This document shows, piece by piece, positions 1 to 11,900 of a DNA stretch of 24,172 nt. The translations under genes and the position numbers were made by a program. The notes below the pieces were generated by a model. That model saw nothing but the letters and a program-made list of their open reading frames with translations. It did not search any database and was not told where the DNA came from. The stretch's first letter is position 1. Every line of letters begins with the position of its first letter. Source of the stretch: Oopsacas minuta (lineage: Eukaryota; Animalia; Porifera); assembly GCA_024704765.1 (NCBI GenBank), contig JAKMXF010000100.1:1-24172 (forward strand), read 5' to 3'.

Positions 1-206
<206 letters not shown>

Positions 207-1151
207 GCTATTATTATCAAATTAATTAAAGCAGATGAGTGGGAACAGTGGAGACTGCCAGAGTTCAACTAACATTATTCAGAAATTTACGGGTAATGTA
301 TTTAATTGAGTACGACGGTCAATCTAAATTCATTGTTTCAGTGTGAGAATTATGTACACTTCGATTCTTGGAATTATATTTGCAATACAAGAGTATTTTA
401 ACTTGAACTTAGACTGTAGCCAATTTCTGATACTACTATAATCCACAAGTTGGCAGCCATGACATCGTTGGTACAACTCTCAAAAATGTACTCTTATATC
501 CTATAGTAGTCTTTCAATGCATTCGGCTAAGTCTAACAAATTATTCAGGACTCGGATTAGTGCTGTTCGGATAACCAGGATGTACGTTTTCGAATTTTCG
601 TAAAATTAATCTCAACTAAGCATGGCCGCTACAGTTTGAAAGTTACTCCTACGCCCCTAAGAAGTATACAAACACTAGCGCTTCGCTTGTTAGATGGCGG
701 GACAATTTGTTATTTTTATTATCCATGATCCATCCAAATTATATTTAATGGCCTTCTGTGATAATTATCACTGTAGCTGGTTTTGGGTTAGTAATATGTG
801 CACTTCATGCGACAAGAATTATGAAATTCTAAAATTTTGAACTTTTTGTATAGTAAAGATGAGGTAATAAACCCATGATGAGTTTACATTTGGCCAAAAT
901 CGTGAAGCCAGAACATTTGGCATATTGAGGGGTACTTGTGATTAAAATTCAACCTCCTATAACGTTGAGCAGTGGCAAATAATGTGATATCTCGAAAATC
1001 TAAAAGGTGACAATAACGTCATAATTTTCTCATATGTATGAATTTCTATCCAAGACACGAAGGTGTCTGAGTCAGGCGTACAATACCTCTGTATGCAGAA
1101 AATAAAGACTGGGGGTCTTCCAGGTTCTTCAATCAATTTCGAACATAAAAC

Positions 1152-1168
1152 ATATATATATATATATA
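1152..1168. repeat. (AT)n microsatellite
   Basis: atatatatatatatata, seen directly. Confidence 0.9.
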
Positions 1169-1934
1169 CCCACACATATATACTGATAATTGCGTTTTAA
1201 TAGTATAGATCGTTTAACTGTTGACAATGGGTTCAATCCAGCCCAGGGGTGGTCCTAGAGTGGGAGGGCATTCGGAACTAAAGCTCTGTAATACATTCTC
1301 CTGACCCTACACTGGCTCTGGGTTTGTCCCGACTATCCCCGGATTTCGGTTCTGATCACTTAGGCCACTCAAGCATTACAATCTCGTCATGAGACTTATG
1401 GTTACTGGCAAAAGATAATTATTATGAGTCAATCAACAGCTTTTTGCCTGGTGCTATTGTTAGCCAACCATGACTGAATAAGTTTGTGACTTAGTCACCA
1501 GTAGTAACCCCTATGTCTGCTTAGAATATTAAATCAACATATAGTCGAACAGATGTATTCAAACACAAGTTCTTCGAACAAAATATTTTTTCAAAGTGAG
1601 AAATAAATTCCACTCATGTTCTATCCTCAATGGGTTTATTTAACTATCGGATTATTCCTACTTGATTTCCAAGAAAAGAATTGGTTAGAAAACACCAGTT
1701 TCGACTGTACAAACATTTTTATAAGAACCCTGAACCCTACTTGAGGCTTAGGTTACATTTTGCCTCACGACGAGTTTGCGAGATAGTATAAAGTCCCACG
1801 AGCCTGATCACTGGTGCCTTCTTGTAGTAAGTTTCACCCCTACCTCCAATCCCCAGTCTCCTGCTTATAAAGGTTAATGTATTTCAAGGTTGCAACCGAT
1901 ATTTGGCGAAACGTTCAATATTAGGTTACCAACT

Positions 1935-2037
1935 GAATATCAGTATTCGGTATTCGGTTGATCTAAATGAATATTGTCAGTATTCGGTTGGGTAAACAGA
2001 ATGATATCAGTATTTGGTTAGGTACTGATAATCGGTT
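1935..2037 (+). repeat. Degenerate short tandem array with core cagtattcggtt
   Basis: cagtattcgg(tattcgg)ttg at 1941, cagtattcggttg at 1978 and cagtatttggtta at 2008, spaced about 30-37 bp. Resembles subterminal repeats of a DNA transposon. Confidence 0.6.
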
Positions 2038-2099
2038 CGATCGCTTTCAGCCTTGATGTATTAAATTAATAAAAAATTATCTGGTTTTATATCGATTAG

Positions 2100-4365
2100 C
2101 CAACTATTGTTAACGCATATGCACAAACGCTTCGCTTTGGAAGTAGCTTCGGATTTAGGTCCTGAAGATATCAGCAAGTCAAAGTCTGATACTCCAGTTC
2201 AACCCGCTAACCCACGCACTTCCCAAAAATGTAGATATTTCAAGATTGGGTTGTGCAAGGACAGGCATGGTTAGAATGCTCTCTCATTAAGATCGCTGGG
2301 TTTTGTGTCTGTTATACATGATTTTGTGAGGTGAAGTCAAGTTTGTCTTCTACAATTGGATGGACGAATTTCAGGCACTCTGCGAGACTGACCGAGCATC
2401 AGTCCAATATACAAATTGTTAATGAATGGACAACATATTAAGGCTACCAGAAAAATTTATCCAGAAAGTCTATCACTGAGTTGATCGGTAATATCTACGA
2501 CAAGCAGGTGATAGAAACAGGGCGTATATTGTATCAATCATCAAGTGCTCTACTGTGCAAGACGGAATATCGGAATTCCCTGACACAGGGAAGCCTGCAC
2601 AAGCGATGTTATTCTTGGATTGTAGGCGATAGTAGTTCAAACCGATGGAATTTCCAGAGTTAATGGTGCTAATTGGAAGACTTGACAAGATGATGGCTGG
2701 TAAACTCAACAACCCCAAACAAGAATGCAACTTATCTCAGCAAACGTATCCAGAATGAACTAATCATAGCAATGGGTGTCTCTGTCGCTAGAAAATATCG
2801 TCAGAAATTAAGAAGTTGAGATTGTCCAGTGCTTCGCTGACGAGATTAAATATCGAGCATAGGTTGAACAAATTGTTGTTGGGGAGCGATAATTGAAAGC
2901 TGAGGGAAAAATTCAAGAACTTACGGTGAAGGTCGTTCGTATCGATTGATTGGATGCTGTTGCCTTACAAATATCATCAATGCTCTACTGGTATTTCCTT
3001 TGATGGAGCGAGCGTGATGTCAGGATGTCGTGGAGGAGTACCAACTCTCCTGCCTCGGATAAATACGCATTTATTGTATGTGAATTGCTACTGTCATAAA
3101 TTGAAGCTCGCTCTGGTATCCCTTGCCAGGAGTGTCAACATTGTGCTCACTGCTATGCTATCCTGAAGGACATTTGCAACTTCTTTTCTGAATTAGTCTT
3201 TTTTGAAAACTGGGAACCATGTTAGATTCAGGGAATAGTGTGTGGGCTAATTGGAATAGAATTGAAGAATCAGAGAATTCTGACAGTTTTGAGGATAGTG
3301 AAAATTGTTTTGTCGATGATATTCACCCTATAGTGGGTGGCAAAAGGAGTTAGATGAAAATGCCAGCGGTATATTGCTGCTGTTACATTAAAGAGCTTCA
3401 GTAAAGGTAGATGGGCTTACCAATACAGTGCAAGCGCAGCTGTACTTCTGACTTTTGCAAGAATAGTTGATGTTTTATCTGTTTCAAAGAGGAAAGGGGA
3501 GAAAGAGGTCAAGAATATTGTTACAAAGGTGCACTTTAGAATTCATATTTTTAATGGAGCATTGGTGGAGCTCACCGGAAAAGCTTCTGTGATACACAAT
3601 GCTCCCATCTGTTGATATTGACCTCAATCAGGCGATATCTCAACTCACAATATCCGAAAATTTCTCATGAGCTTCCATCAATGCCTGCCGTACGATATAC
3701 GAGGATTCAGGAAAAATCTATATGGAATCAAACCTCATTTTGATGAGGTGTCGTAAATTGCGAAGTACATCTGTTAACGATAGAGAAATTGGGGAGGATC
3801 TAGCATTTAACATGTATAATGAGATGATCAATGATACGTCCCATTGTCTGGATGTTGGGTTTCCTGAGCACACAGACTATTGTGTCTTGCACTCGATGCA
3901 CTACAACCGAAAACTCCCATACTTAGGGAATCATAAAGTTAGTTTACATAATTGGACCTTGGTCAAACCTCTATATTAAAAGTACAAACATATAATCCCA
4001 GATAACGCTCTAAAGGTTGAAATAGAGCTAAATTATATTAAGGCCACACTTGAGACACTCTCTGAAACAGAGGGCAGGCAACTTTATGATACCCAAAATG
4101 TATGGGAGAATCTGAAAAAACAGGGCGTCACATTTTCCGTTCAGCCCTGATATTGCATCAAATCGCCCATTCCCTCTTAGTACTCACAGCATCAGCTGAG
4201 AGAACTTTCTCGCGGCTGAATTTGGTCAAAATAATTCTCCGATCAACGGTGACAGACGAAAGACTGGGCCCACTACTACTATCTTTAAATATGGACATTA
4301 GTTTGGATATTGATGAAATTGCAGATGATATTACCAAAGCAAACAACAGGCGCCTACAATTATAA
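2100..4365 (+). pseudogene. Decayed hAT (ZMYM/Charlie-like) transposase
   Basis: Frameshifted fragments in the expected order: TTF-type N-terminal region (~2240-2320), ISFDGASVMSGCRGGV and YVNCYCHKLKLAL (ORF 2954-3166; hAT DGA..MSG and C..H motifs), and the C-terminal dimerisation domain SAERTFSRLNLVK.ILRSTVTDERL (ORF 4102-4365). Many stops; start approximate. Confidence 0.9.
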
Positions 4366-4445
4366 TAACTTTAGTTCATAGCGTGTAGGTTTGTTTTATG
4401 CCAGTAATATTTGGTGACACCCTTAACAACTTTCTGAGGCAGACA

Positions 4446-4478
4446 AGTGTATCGTAGCAAACCTGTTCAGAATCACTG
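4446..4478 (+). mobile_element. Probable right terminus of the hAT element
   Basis: Ends ...ttcagaatcactg (reverse complement CAGTGATTCTGAA, a Charlie-like hAT TIR) about 110 bp after the transposase stop, followed by gtctactg, which partly resembles the NTCTAGAN target. Matching left end not found. Confidence 0.5.
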
Positions 4479-5123
4479 GTCTACTGAGATTCCATAGTAA
4501 TACAATAATTATGTATAAGAAATATAATAGGACAAAAGGATATAGATATCAGGTGAAAGAGTTAGAAAACTACTGGGGGACATATCATTTGGAAGGCCGA
4601 AGGTTTATGCCTATGGTTGCATGGAATAATCACATGCAACAAGTTATATACTGTAATTCCTGAGTGGTGGGGCAAATAAAGTCAGTCGGCCAAAGTTGTG
4701 CCACATTGATCGTATCGTGACAAATAGAGTTCGTTATCTGGATATACACTTCCTTTAATCCATGTTAAAGGAAAAATGACAGTAGATTCCGCTTAGGTAA
4801 TAGGTAGTCCGGTCAATTGGGAAACCACATATAGTCCAGTCCAACTAACGAAAATTTTGGCTTACTCTAAAGTAAATAATACACCGACAATTTTTACAGA
4901 CGTCGTGACGTCGTTTAAGTGGTCATTCGAATATGTTGGGGGTGACCTACGTTAAATAAGGCCTATGCACCAACTTTGTGAACTTGGACCATGGATTAAA
5001 GGAAGGCTATGATATTAATGAAGCATAACTTTTATCCATTCTTTCGATAATATTAGTAATGAATCTTATCACGATTAAGATCATTTCATAGATACTCTTT
5101 CAGCATATATCCTCAATTATGTA

Positions 5124-5980
5124 CAGTCAGGGGACAAAAGTATTCGAATACACAAATATATTGTCATAGATTGTATACTCTTTTCCGCTCCTATATATTG
5201 TGTAGTCTATATTCGTAGCTGCAATCTAGTAATTTGTATAGAATAACATATGTCTTTCACGAATTTCAAAAAATATTTTCGATTTACACTTTTGGAAGGT
5301 GTTAATTATTCATAATTATTAGATAATTAGTGATATTCAAAATATGTGGTAATTTAAAGCCTCTTAAGAATCTATAATTTCTGACTTGATATTTGAATTC
5401 TACGCAGGCGAGTTACCCCAGATTGAAATTTCCAATCGATTGAAACAATTTTTACCAAGTTATAGAAGAATTTCAATTTGTCCCACTTGTGCCACCTTTT
5501 TCAAAAAGTGGCACAGGTGGCAGGAAAAAGCGCCACTACAAGGAAATCAACTAGGGTTAGGAGGAATAAGTCGAAGTAATATTTTCGAATGATATGACTA
5601 TGCTAACCCTTGAATTCCAAATAACCTCTTAATAGCGGCCACTTGTGCCACCTTGGGCAAAAGGTGGCACAAATGGCACAAATTGAAATTCATCTATAAC
5701 TCTGGTAAAAATCGTTCAATCCGATTTCAATTTCAATCTGGGGTAACTCGCCTACGTGGAATTCAAATATCACTAATTATCTAATAATTATGAATAATTA
5801 ACACCTTCCAAAAGTGTAAATCGAAAACATTTTTTTGAAATTCTTGAAAAACATATGTTATTCTATACAAATTACTAGATTGCAGCTACGAATATAGACT
5901 ACACAGTATATAGGCGCGGGAAAGAGTATACAATTTATGACAATATATTTGTGTGTTCGAATACTTTTGTCACCTGACTG
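5124..5980. mobile_element. Tc1/mariner-type non-autonomous foldback element, 857 bp
   Basis: TA|CAGTCAGGGGACAAAAGTATTCGA ... TCGAATACTTTTGTCACCTGACTG|TA, with TA target duplication at 5122-5123 and 5981-5982. Inverted arms of ~340 bp (5124-5521 and 5638-5980). No transposase. Confidence 0.93.
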
Positions 5981-6052
5981 TATTTTTCTCACCTTATCAC
6001 TCTTCCATTTTGTCTAATTCATATTTGTTTTATCTATTTCCCCCACTTAATT

Positions 6053-6131
6053 CAGGGATGATCTAAGTATTTTGCCGACGAGGCAAAGATTTTATAATCC
6101 GGGCAAATGCCCCCCCCTGGGGCCGCCACTG
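6053..6131. mobile_element. 79-bp hAT-type MITE with a perfect 8-bp TSD
   Basis: ACTTAATT on both sides (6045-6052 and 6132-6139). Imperfect TIRs CAGGGATGATC / GGCCGCCACTG. Confidence 0.85.
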
Positions 6132-6184
6132 ACTTAATTGTTTCTTTTGTTCAAATTAGACTTCTATCACACTTTTCTCTGTCA

Positions 6185-9060
6185 ATGCTAAATAAATGTT
6201 CTGCTCTTGGTTGTAGGCGTAACTATGAGGGTGGATCATACACACCCATTTTCAAGATGCCTAATCGTCCACCTCACATAATTTATCAATGGAAACAATT
6301 TCTTCACAGAGAATGTATTGAGGAAATTAAGAAGATTTACTTCTGCCTAAAACATTCTCACGATGATGATATTGAGTTTTCATCAGTATCCCTCAACCAG
6401 ACGGTTCCATTTTGCAAGAAAAACGCAGTCTCCCTAGACTTTGCCAACTTGCAGTTCCCTGTTTTTGCCTGGTTACTCCAGTTACCTATCCAACTCAACC
6501 CAATGCACACGTACTCCGTCAACTCGGTTAGACTTAAACACCAAAGATCGCGATCGCTTGGCTCTTGGGATGGAACTGAGTATGGAGCAGAAAAAAATTG
6601 ATAAACGCAAATTTCAAGTACTTGGATTTGAAGATTTAAAATCTAAGCTTGTCCGTATTTCTCTTCCAAAGCAGTGGATACTTTGGTCTACTGGTGAGAA
6701 TCAACTCCACGTCAATCAACCTGCTATTTCGGATGTCACTGGTGCTCATTATATTGAACGTTATCTCTCGATCAATGATTCTTTATCTACAAAGTGCTTC
6801 TATAACAACAATGAAATCTACCTATACATAAAGCAGATTATTGATACTCGGGATATTGACAACTTGCTAGAAGAGATATCATCTACCGGTATTGAAAACA
6901 TTGACAGGAATTATCAACCCCTACATTTAGCCAGCAGATAGTTCAAGTGACCAAACAATTGCGTCTAAAAGTTGATAAGTTGTCGAATTCACAGGCAATA
7001 CTAGATTATTGTCAAGAAGATAATCAACTGTATCTTCCCTACAATTTATTCTGTGTCAGTTGGATAATTTGTTTCGTCCGAAACTCAACGCACCTACAAC
7101 ATTGGGACTATTGTAATAGCACTCAAGTGCCAATTTATCTCTCCGGCGTGCCGCCATTATTTGCAATCTCTTGACTCACTTTCTCCACATTACACAAACT
7201 TCAGCGTTTATATACAAATTTGGTCTGGATTGTGAATATATTACTTTTTTGGAAAAAGGCTACCTCTGATTTCAACCAAAGAGAACGAAATGTGATTGTC
7301 CAGATGGACGAAATCCATGTGAAGTCAGATTTCACTTATAAATGATGGAGTATTATAGGATCATCACAGAATATTTCTGAGCCAGCCAAAACTATATTAG
7401 CTTTTATGGTTTCTAGCTTACCTAAAAAGTGGTCAAACATCGTTCATCTACTACCATGTTCAAATACGTCTGCAATGGATATATTCTCTGTCATCAAGCA
7501 GGTGGTAGAAGATATCGAGTGTTGTGGATTATATGTTAAAACTATATGTACAGATAACTATCCTATGAACGTAAACATCTTCAAGATGCTTTCACCAACG
7601 CATATTTTGGAGCCCATTGTTCCCATATTCTTGATCCAAATAGAATTTTAATCTTACTATTCGATTTTGTGCATATCCCGAAATCAATTCGGAACAATTA
7701 GCTAAACCAGAAAGATATCAATTGTACACTTTGTTTTTCGAGCTTTGAAGATTTTTCTCTAATTCGTTCTGCTTCTTTCGAAATAATGCGAGTTTTGTAC
7801 AAAGCTGATCAAATGTCTCTAGCAAAATTGGCTCCCTACTTAACAGCAAAGGCATGTTGGCCTTCGAGTTTAGAGCGGCAGAATGTGAAGTTAGCATTGA
7901 GGGTCTTCCATAATTCTACTGCGTCTGCCCTCAAAGTTTGTTCAGAAACTCTTTTCGATTGTCATTTGCACACAGCTGAATTTATCACTATTACTTATGA
8001 TATCTAGAAAAGGTTTAATGTTAACAACCCTTATAAGGTATTCGCTTGAATGACGAATTCTCTCATCCTTTCGTCTTGAATGACCAAGACTCAAATATCT
8101 GTCAAGAGTTATTGAATGGCTTGATAAATGGAAAAACTTGCCTCAAAAACAGGAAAAATTACCATCCAAACTTTTACAAGCTTTCGCCATTCTTGTATCG
8201 CTATAACTGCTATAATTAACCACTTAATACGGGATTGTGATTATACTTATGTCTCAACTTCTTTCCTACAAAATGATCCACTCGAACACCATTTTGGTTT
8301 ATACAGAATGATGTCCGGTGCAGATGTGTATAAGAGACAGATCAGTACCATATTAGCTATTGTCAATTTCTTGAAAGTCAAAGACGTATGAAATTATCAA
8401 GTTTTTTAAAATTATTTTCTAGTCAGACTTCAACAGAACAACTTCAATTGACGAGTTTATTGGCTCTCTCCTACTCCTTCAGAACATCCATATTTTCCAA
8501 CTTTAGATCTCTCCCCTTCATAATTTTTCAGATATTACTGTTACTGCACAATCACTTCAAGTACTTGCATTTATTGCTGGATATACAGTTCATTCTTACT
8601 TTAAGAAATCAAATAGTTGTCAAGCCTGTTTATCTTTTCTGACAGAAGATAAAGAAATGGAAATTGGGGAATCAACTCGACTCAGCTTACACACTCTTGC
8701 AATTAATTGATCGAGGTTCACTGAAATGGCCATCTACTTGTGTAATCGAAGTTATTGTTTTCTTATGGAAGATTTGTAAATCGATTGAATATCGCCCTCT
8801 ACTTTTTAAAGACACTGTCAAGGGACTATCGAGGCAACATATTGTGAAAATTACGCTAAAAATTATCGAAGAAGAGGAGAGTCAAAGCTGAAGGGATAGC
8901 TGTCCCATTTGTGATACAGTTAGTTGGGATATCCTAGAAAAGTTAATCACATCAGCCACTAACTGCTTCCTCTCTAATTTAATAAAGAACATGAATTCTA
9001 TACATAGACTTCATACTGATAATACAAGGAAATTGAAGAAATGTAAACGTCTTGAATGGA
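6185..9060 (+). pseudogene. THAP-domain P-element-family (THAP9-like) transposase, multiply frameshifted
   Basis: THAP finger MLNKCSALGC...W...FCLKH. Core motifs VQMDEIHV (~7300), CTDNYPMN (~7550), WPSSLERQNVKLAL and LQNDPLEHHFGLYR (~8270), then IDRGSLKWP. Numerous stops and frameshifts; end approximate. Confidence 0.95.
8322..8340 (+). other. Exact Tn5 mosaic end / Nextera adapter sequence (probable assembly artefact)
   Basis: AGATGTGTATAAGAGACAG, 19/19 identical to the Tn5 mosaic end. It interrupts the otherwise conserved MSG-x-Q-YHISYCQ segment of the transposase. Confidence 0.95.
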
Positions 9061-9366
9061 GGAAGTTGGGGAACACTGTTAATAGATTTAGATTGTGCAT
9101 TTACAACTATTTCCTTGTTAAGCACCATTGTACTATTTACACCCGTTATTAACATTCTTAATTTCCCTAGTCAGATTTGTATTGTATTTTCCTACCTTAG
9201 TATATTCATAATAATACGTATTTTACTTTTCAAAATCATTTCCAAATCATCGAACATAAATTAAATACCATATTTGACTCAATATAAATATTGAACAATA
9301 GCCTTCCTTTAATCTATGATCAAAGTTCACAAAGTTGGTACATAGGCCTTATTTAAAGTAGGTCAC

Positions 9367-10299
9367 GGTTGGGGATATTATTAACCCTGGCCAAATGACA
9401 CCTTGTTCGACACCACTAGGCTTAGCTGAGTATAGTTTTACACATAGCCCTAAAAATGGCTTTTTAACATGATTTTTGCCCGATCATCCATCCATCGCGG
9501 CCTCTTAATTTTCTTGGTATTATTCACATGTGCTTACAAATACATTATATGCAGTCAAAATGTATATCACGATATTAATTATACAAGGGTTGTTCAATAA
9601 GTTATTTAAGTTCAGTGATAATAAATTGTTGAATTGAGATAGTCTAGTAGCAATTCTTCATGGCTAATTACAGGAATTTATCTCGTTCTGATGAGGTATT
9701 ATGCAATTTCTATAACTTGGAACTCTGTGCATTAAGAAAACTGTCGCTTGTGTGTCAACGTCAAAATGGACAGAGTTCCCAGAGTATAGAAATTGCCAAA
9801 TCACCACAGAACGAGCTGAATTTCTGTAGTTAGCAAAGATGTGTAGTTAATAGACTGTCTAAATTAAACAATTATTAATCATTTAACATATAAAAATTGG
9901 ACACATATCATGAGTTACATCTTGACGATATTTAATGAATAATGTTCCTCACAAGTCTAAAAAACATATGATGATATCATGTATAAGGCCCGTGAAGCAA
10001 ATTAAAAGTGGTCAGGTTGGAAAGTACACCATAGAGAACACAGGCCAAAGAAACGGTGGTCAGGTACTTGCCTGACCTGCCAGAGCGGTTCCACTGGCTA
10101 TTAGAATTTGTAAGAAATAAGGGAAAAAATACAAGAAAATTAGGAGGCCGCGGTGGATGATCCACCAAAATCGTGTAAAATGGCCATTTAGAGGGCCAAT
10201 ATCTGTAAAAATACGCTCAGCTAGCCTAGCGGCGTCGAACAAGAGATCACTCGATGGAGTTGGGACAACTTCCTGGGTAGATAATGAAAAACCCCCAAC
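9367..10299. mobile_element. Old foldback/MITE with ~175-190 bp diverged inverted arms (9367-9541 / 10106-10299)
   Basis: Blocks cttgttcgac, agctgag, aaatgg, gatcatcca, cgcggcctc, aattttcttg and cttacaaat align with the reverse complement of the far end in the same order. No TSD found. Confidence 0.75.
9703..9796. repeat. Small inverted repeat with ~31-bp arms inside the foldback
   Basis: gcaatttctataacttggaactctgtgcatt versus the reverse complement of the right arm, gcaatttctatactctgggaactctgtccatt. Confidence 0.75.
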
Positions 10300-10968
10300 A
10301 TATTCGAGTGACCACTCGAACGACGTATAATATTCAGTGATCACGAATATTGACACTGAATTTAATGTCTTCAAAATGTGCCAAAAAGTGGCACCTGAAA
10401 GTGGAAAACAAAGTTGTTGTTATTTGTATTCGTACACATAGCAAGGAGTGATAAGTGAAAAATGGTCGTTGCACCATTTACCTCACGGTCAACCTTAGAT
10501 TGAATGGATCAGTAATTGAACAGTTACCCAATGTCCAACGAGTTTTGGTTCAAGGCTATAGAGCTGTGGTTAATATATACATATATTTCAAAGTTATGGA
10601 ATGATGTAAGAAATCCTAAAAAATTAATGTTCCCCTACATTACGAGCGAAAATCTCCAAACTTTAATGGCTATAGCATAGAAATTTTGAATATTGCTTCG
10701 TCATGAAACAGCCATATTGCTTGCTTGCAGGGAGCATTTTGCGGTAATTGCCATAGCAAAGAGTTATATGGAAATTGCTTCGCAAATCAAAATAAAAAGT
10801 AACTCCTAGATATAGGTATTAAAATCGAAAACTCTGGTAAGTAAAAATTCGAAAAAGTTTCATTGAAATTGAATTATTTTAATTTTTTAATTTTTAACAC
10901 AAAATCCTAGTTAGGTGTCAAAATTTGATGAAATAATTTCAGATTAAATATAGACAGTATTCTAGATT

Positions 10969-11016
10969 AAAAACTGGGAAAAATACGTGCGAACTGCGGT
11001 ATTATCCCCAGTTTTT
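10969..11016. repeat. Hairpin with 18-bp arms (16/18 paired) and a 12-nt loop
   Basis: aaaaactgggaaaaatac-gtgcgaactgcg-gtattatccccagttttt. Confidence 0.65.
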
Positions 11017-11839
11017 GAAAATTGAATCTATCAATGTGGCCAGTTTTAGTATAAATATAAACAAAAATAAAACAAATTCTAACATAATCAAATACATCTC
11101 GACAATTTCTAGGGAAATTTAAGAAAAAATGTCCTAATTAGAGGGTTTTCATCGTGCAGGGGCCAATTTAATTTTAATTTTCTATAGAAAATCTTAACAG
11201 AGAATTCGTCTAGCAGTTCCCATTTACCGAATACGGCGAAGAAAATGTGTGATTTGACGAAGTAAAAAATGTGCTAAAATCTCGTTTTGGGTGCGTGAAT
11301 TGGTTAAAATGAAGTGGTAAAATTTTAGCGTTCCCTGTAACTACAAGCGTAAATCTCCGAAACTAATCGGTTAAACTCATTATTTCCAGTTTAGCTATTG
11401 ACTATAAAATGAATTGGCAAAAATCAACTTATATTTTTGAATGAGTTGATGAGATATATTTGAATGAGTTGGAAGACAAAAATAGAGCCACATGCTAATC
11501 AGTTTCAAGTAGCCTGGTCGCGATGGGACACTATTAAGTGGAATCAGCTGTTCAATTTGAAAAATTTCTGATTCGTTTAAAGTTACATGCAGATCAAGCA
11601 AAAAGGTTTTTACATCATGAAACGTATGGTTGTTTTCTTAAACAGTAAGTTTCCAACCTTCCAATTATGTAGCTATCGAACAATCCAATTGTATAATTAC
11701 TAACTTGTCATGCATATTAAATAAACAATAATATATCATTATGTTGTCCTTGAACTAATATGCTGTAAATATAGTATTCAGAAAGAGATAAACCGAACCA
11801 TTGATCATATGAATAATCCTACATACAACAAATATATCT

Positions 11840-11900
11840 CATTGGATGTATCTATAGGGGTTCAAGGGAAGCTTGTGAACCCCTAGGATCTGCACCTATG
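11840..11900. repeat. Degenerate hairpin, possibly a tiny MITE
   Basis: cattggatgtatctataggggttca versus the reverse complement of the right end, cataggtgcagatcctaggggttca. No TSD. Confidence 0.45.

Larger units (their letters stand above)
4942..9366 (+). mobile_element. P-like element P1, with candidate limits set by a 69-bp inverted repeat (4942-5010 / 9298-9366)
   Basis: The arms match at 64 of 69 positions and enclose the THAP/P transposase with ~250 bp spacers once nested insertions are removed. No CA..TG termini or TSD identified. Confidence 0.6.

Noticed and set aside
229-292. Possible plus-strand mini-exon (ag|CAGATG...ACGG|gtaatg)
   Set aside because: Splice-like dinucleotides only; no recognisable peptide and no partner exons.
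1205-1400. tRNA-derived SINE head (GGTTCAATCC B-box-like at ~1230-1239)
   Set aside because: No convincing A-box, tail or TSD; a single 10-mer is not enough evidence.
5386-5592. 68-aa ORF inside the foldback
   Set aside because: A chance frame in palindromic non-coding repeat with no transposase motifs.
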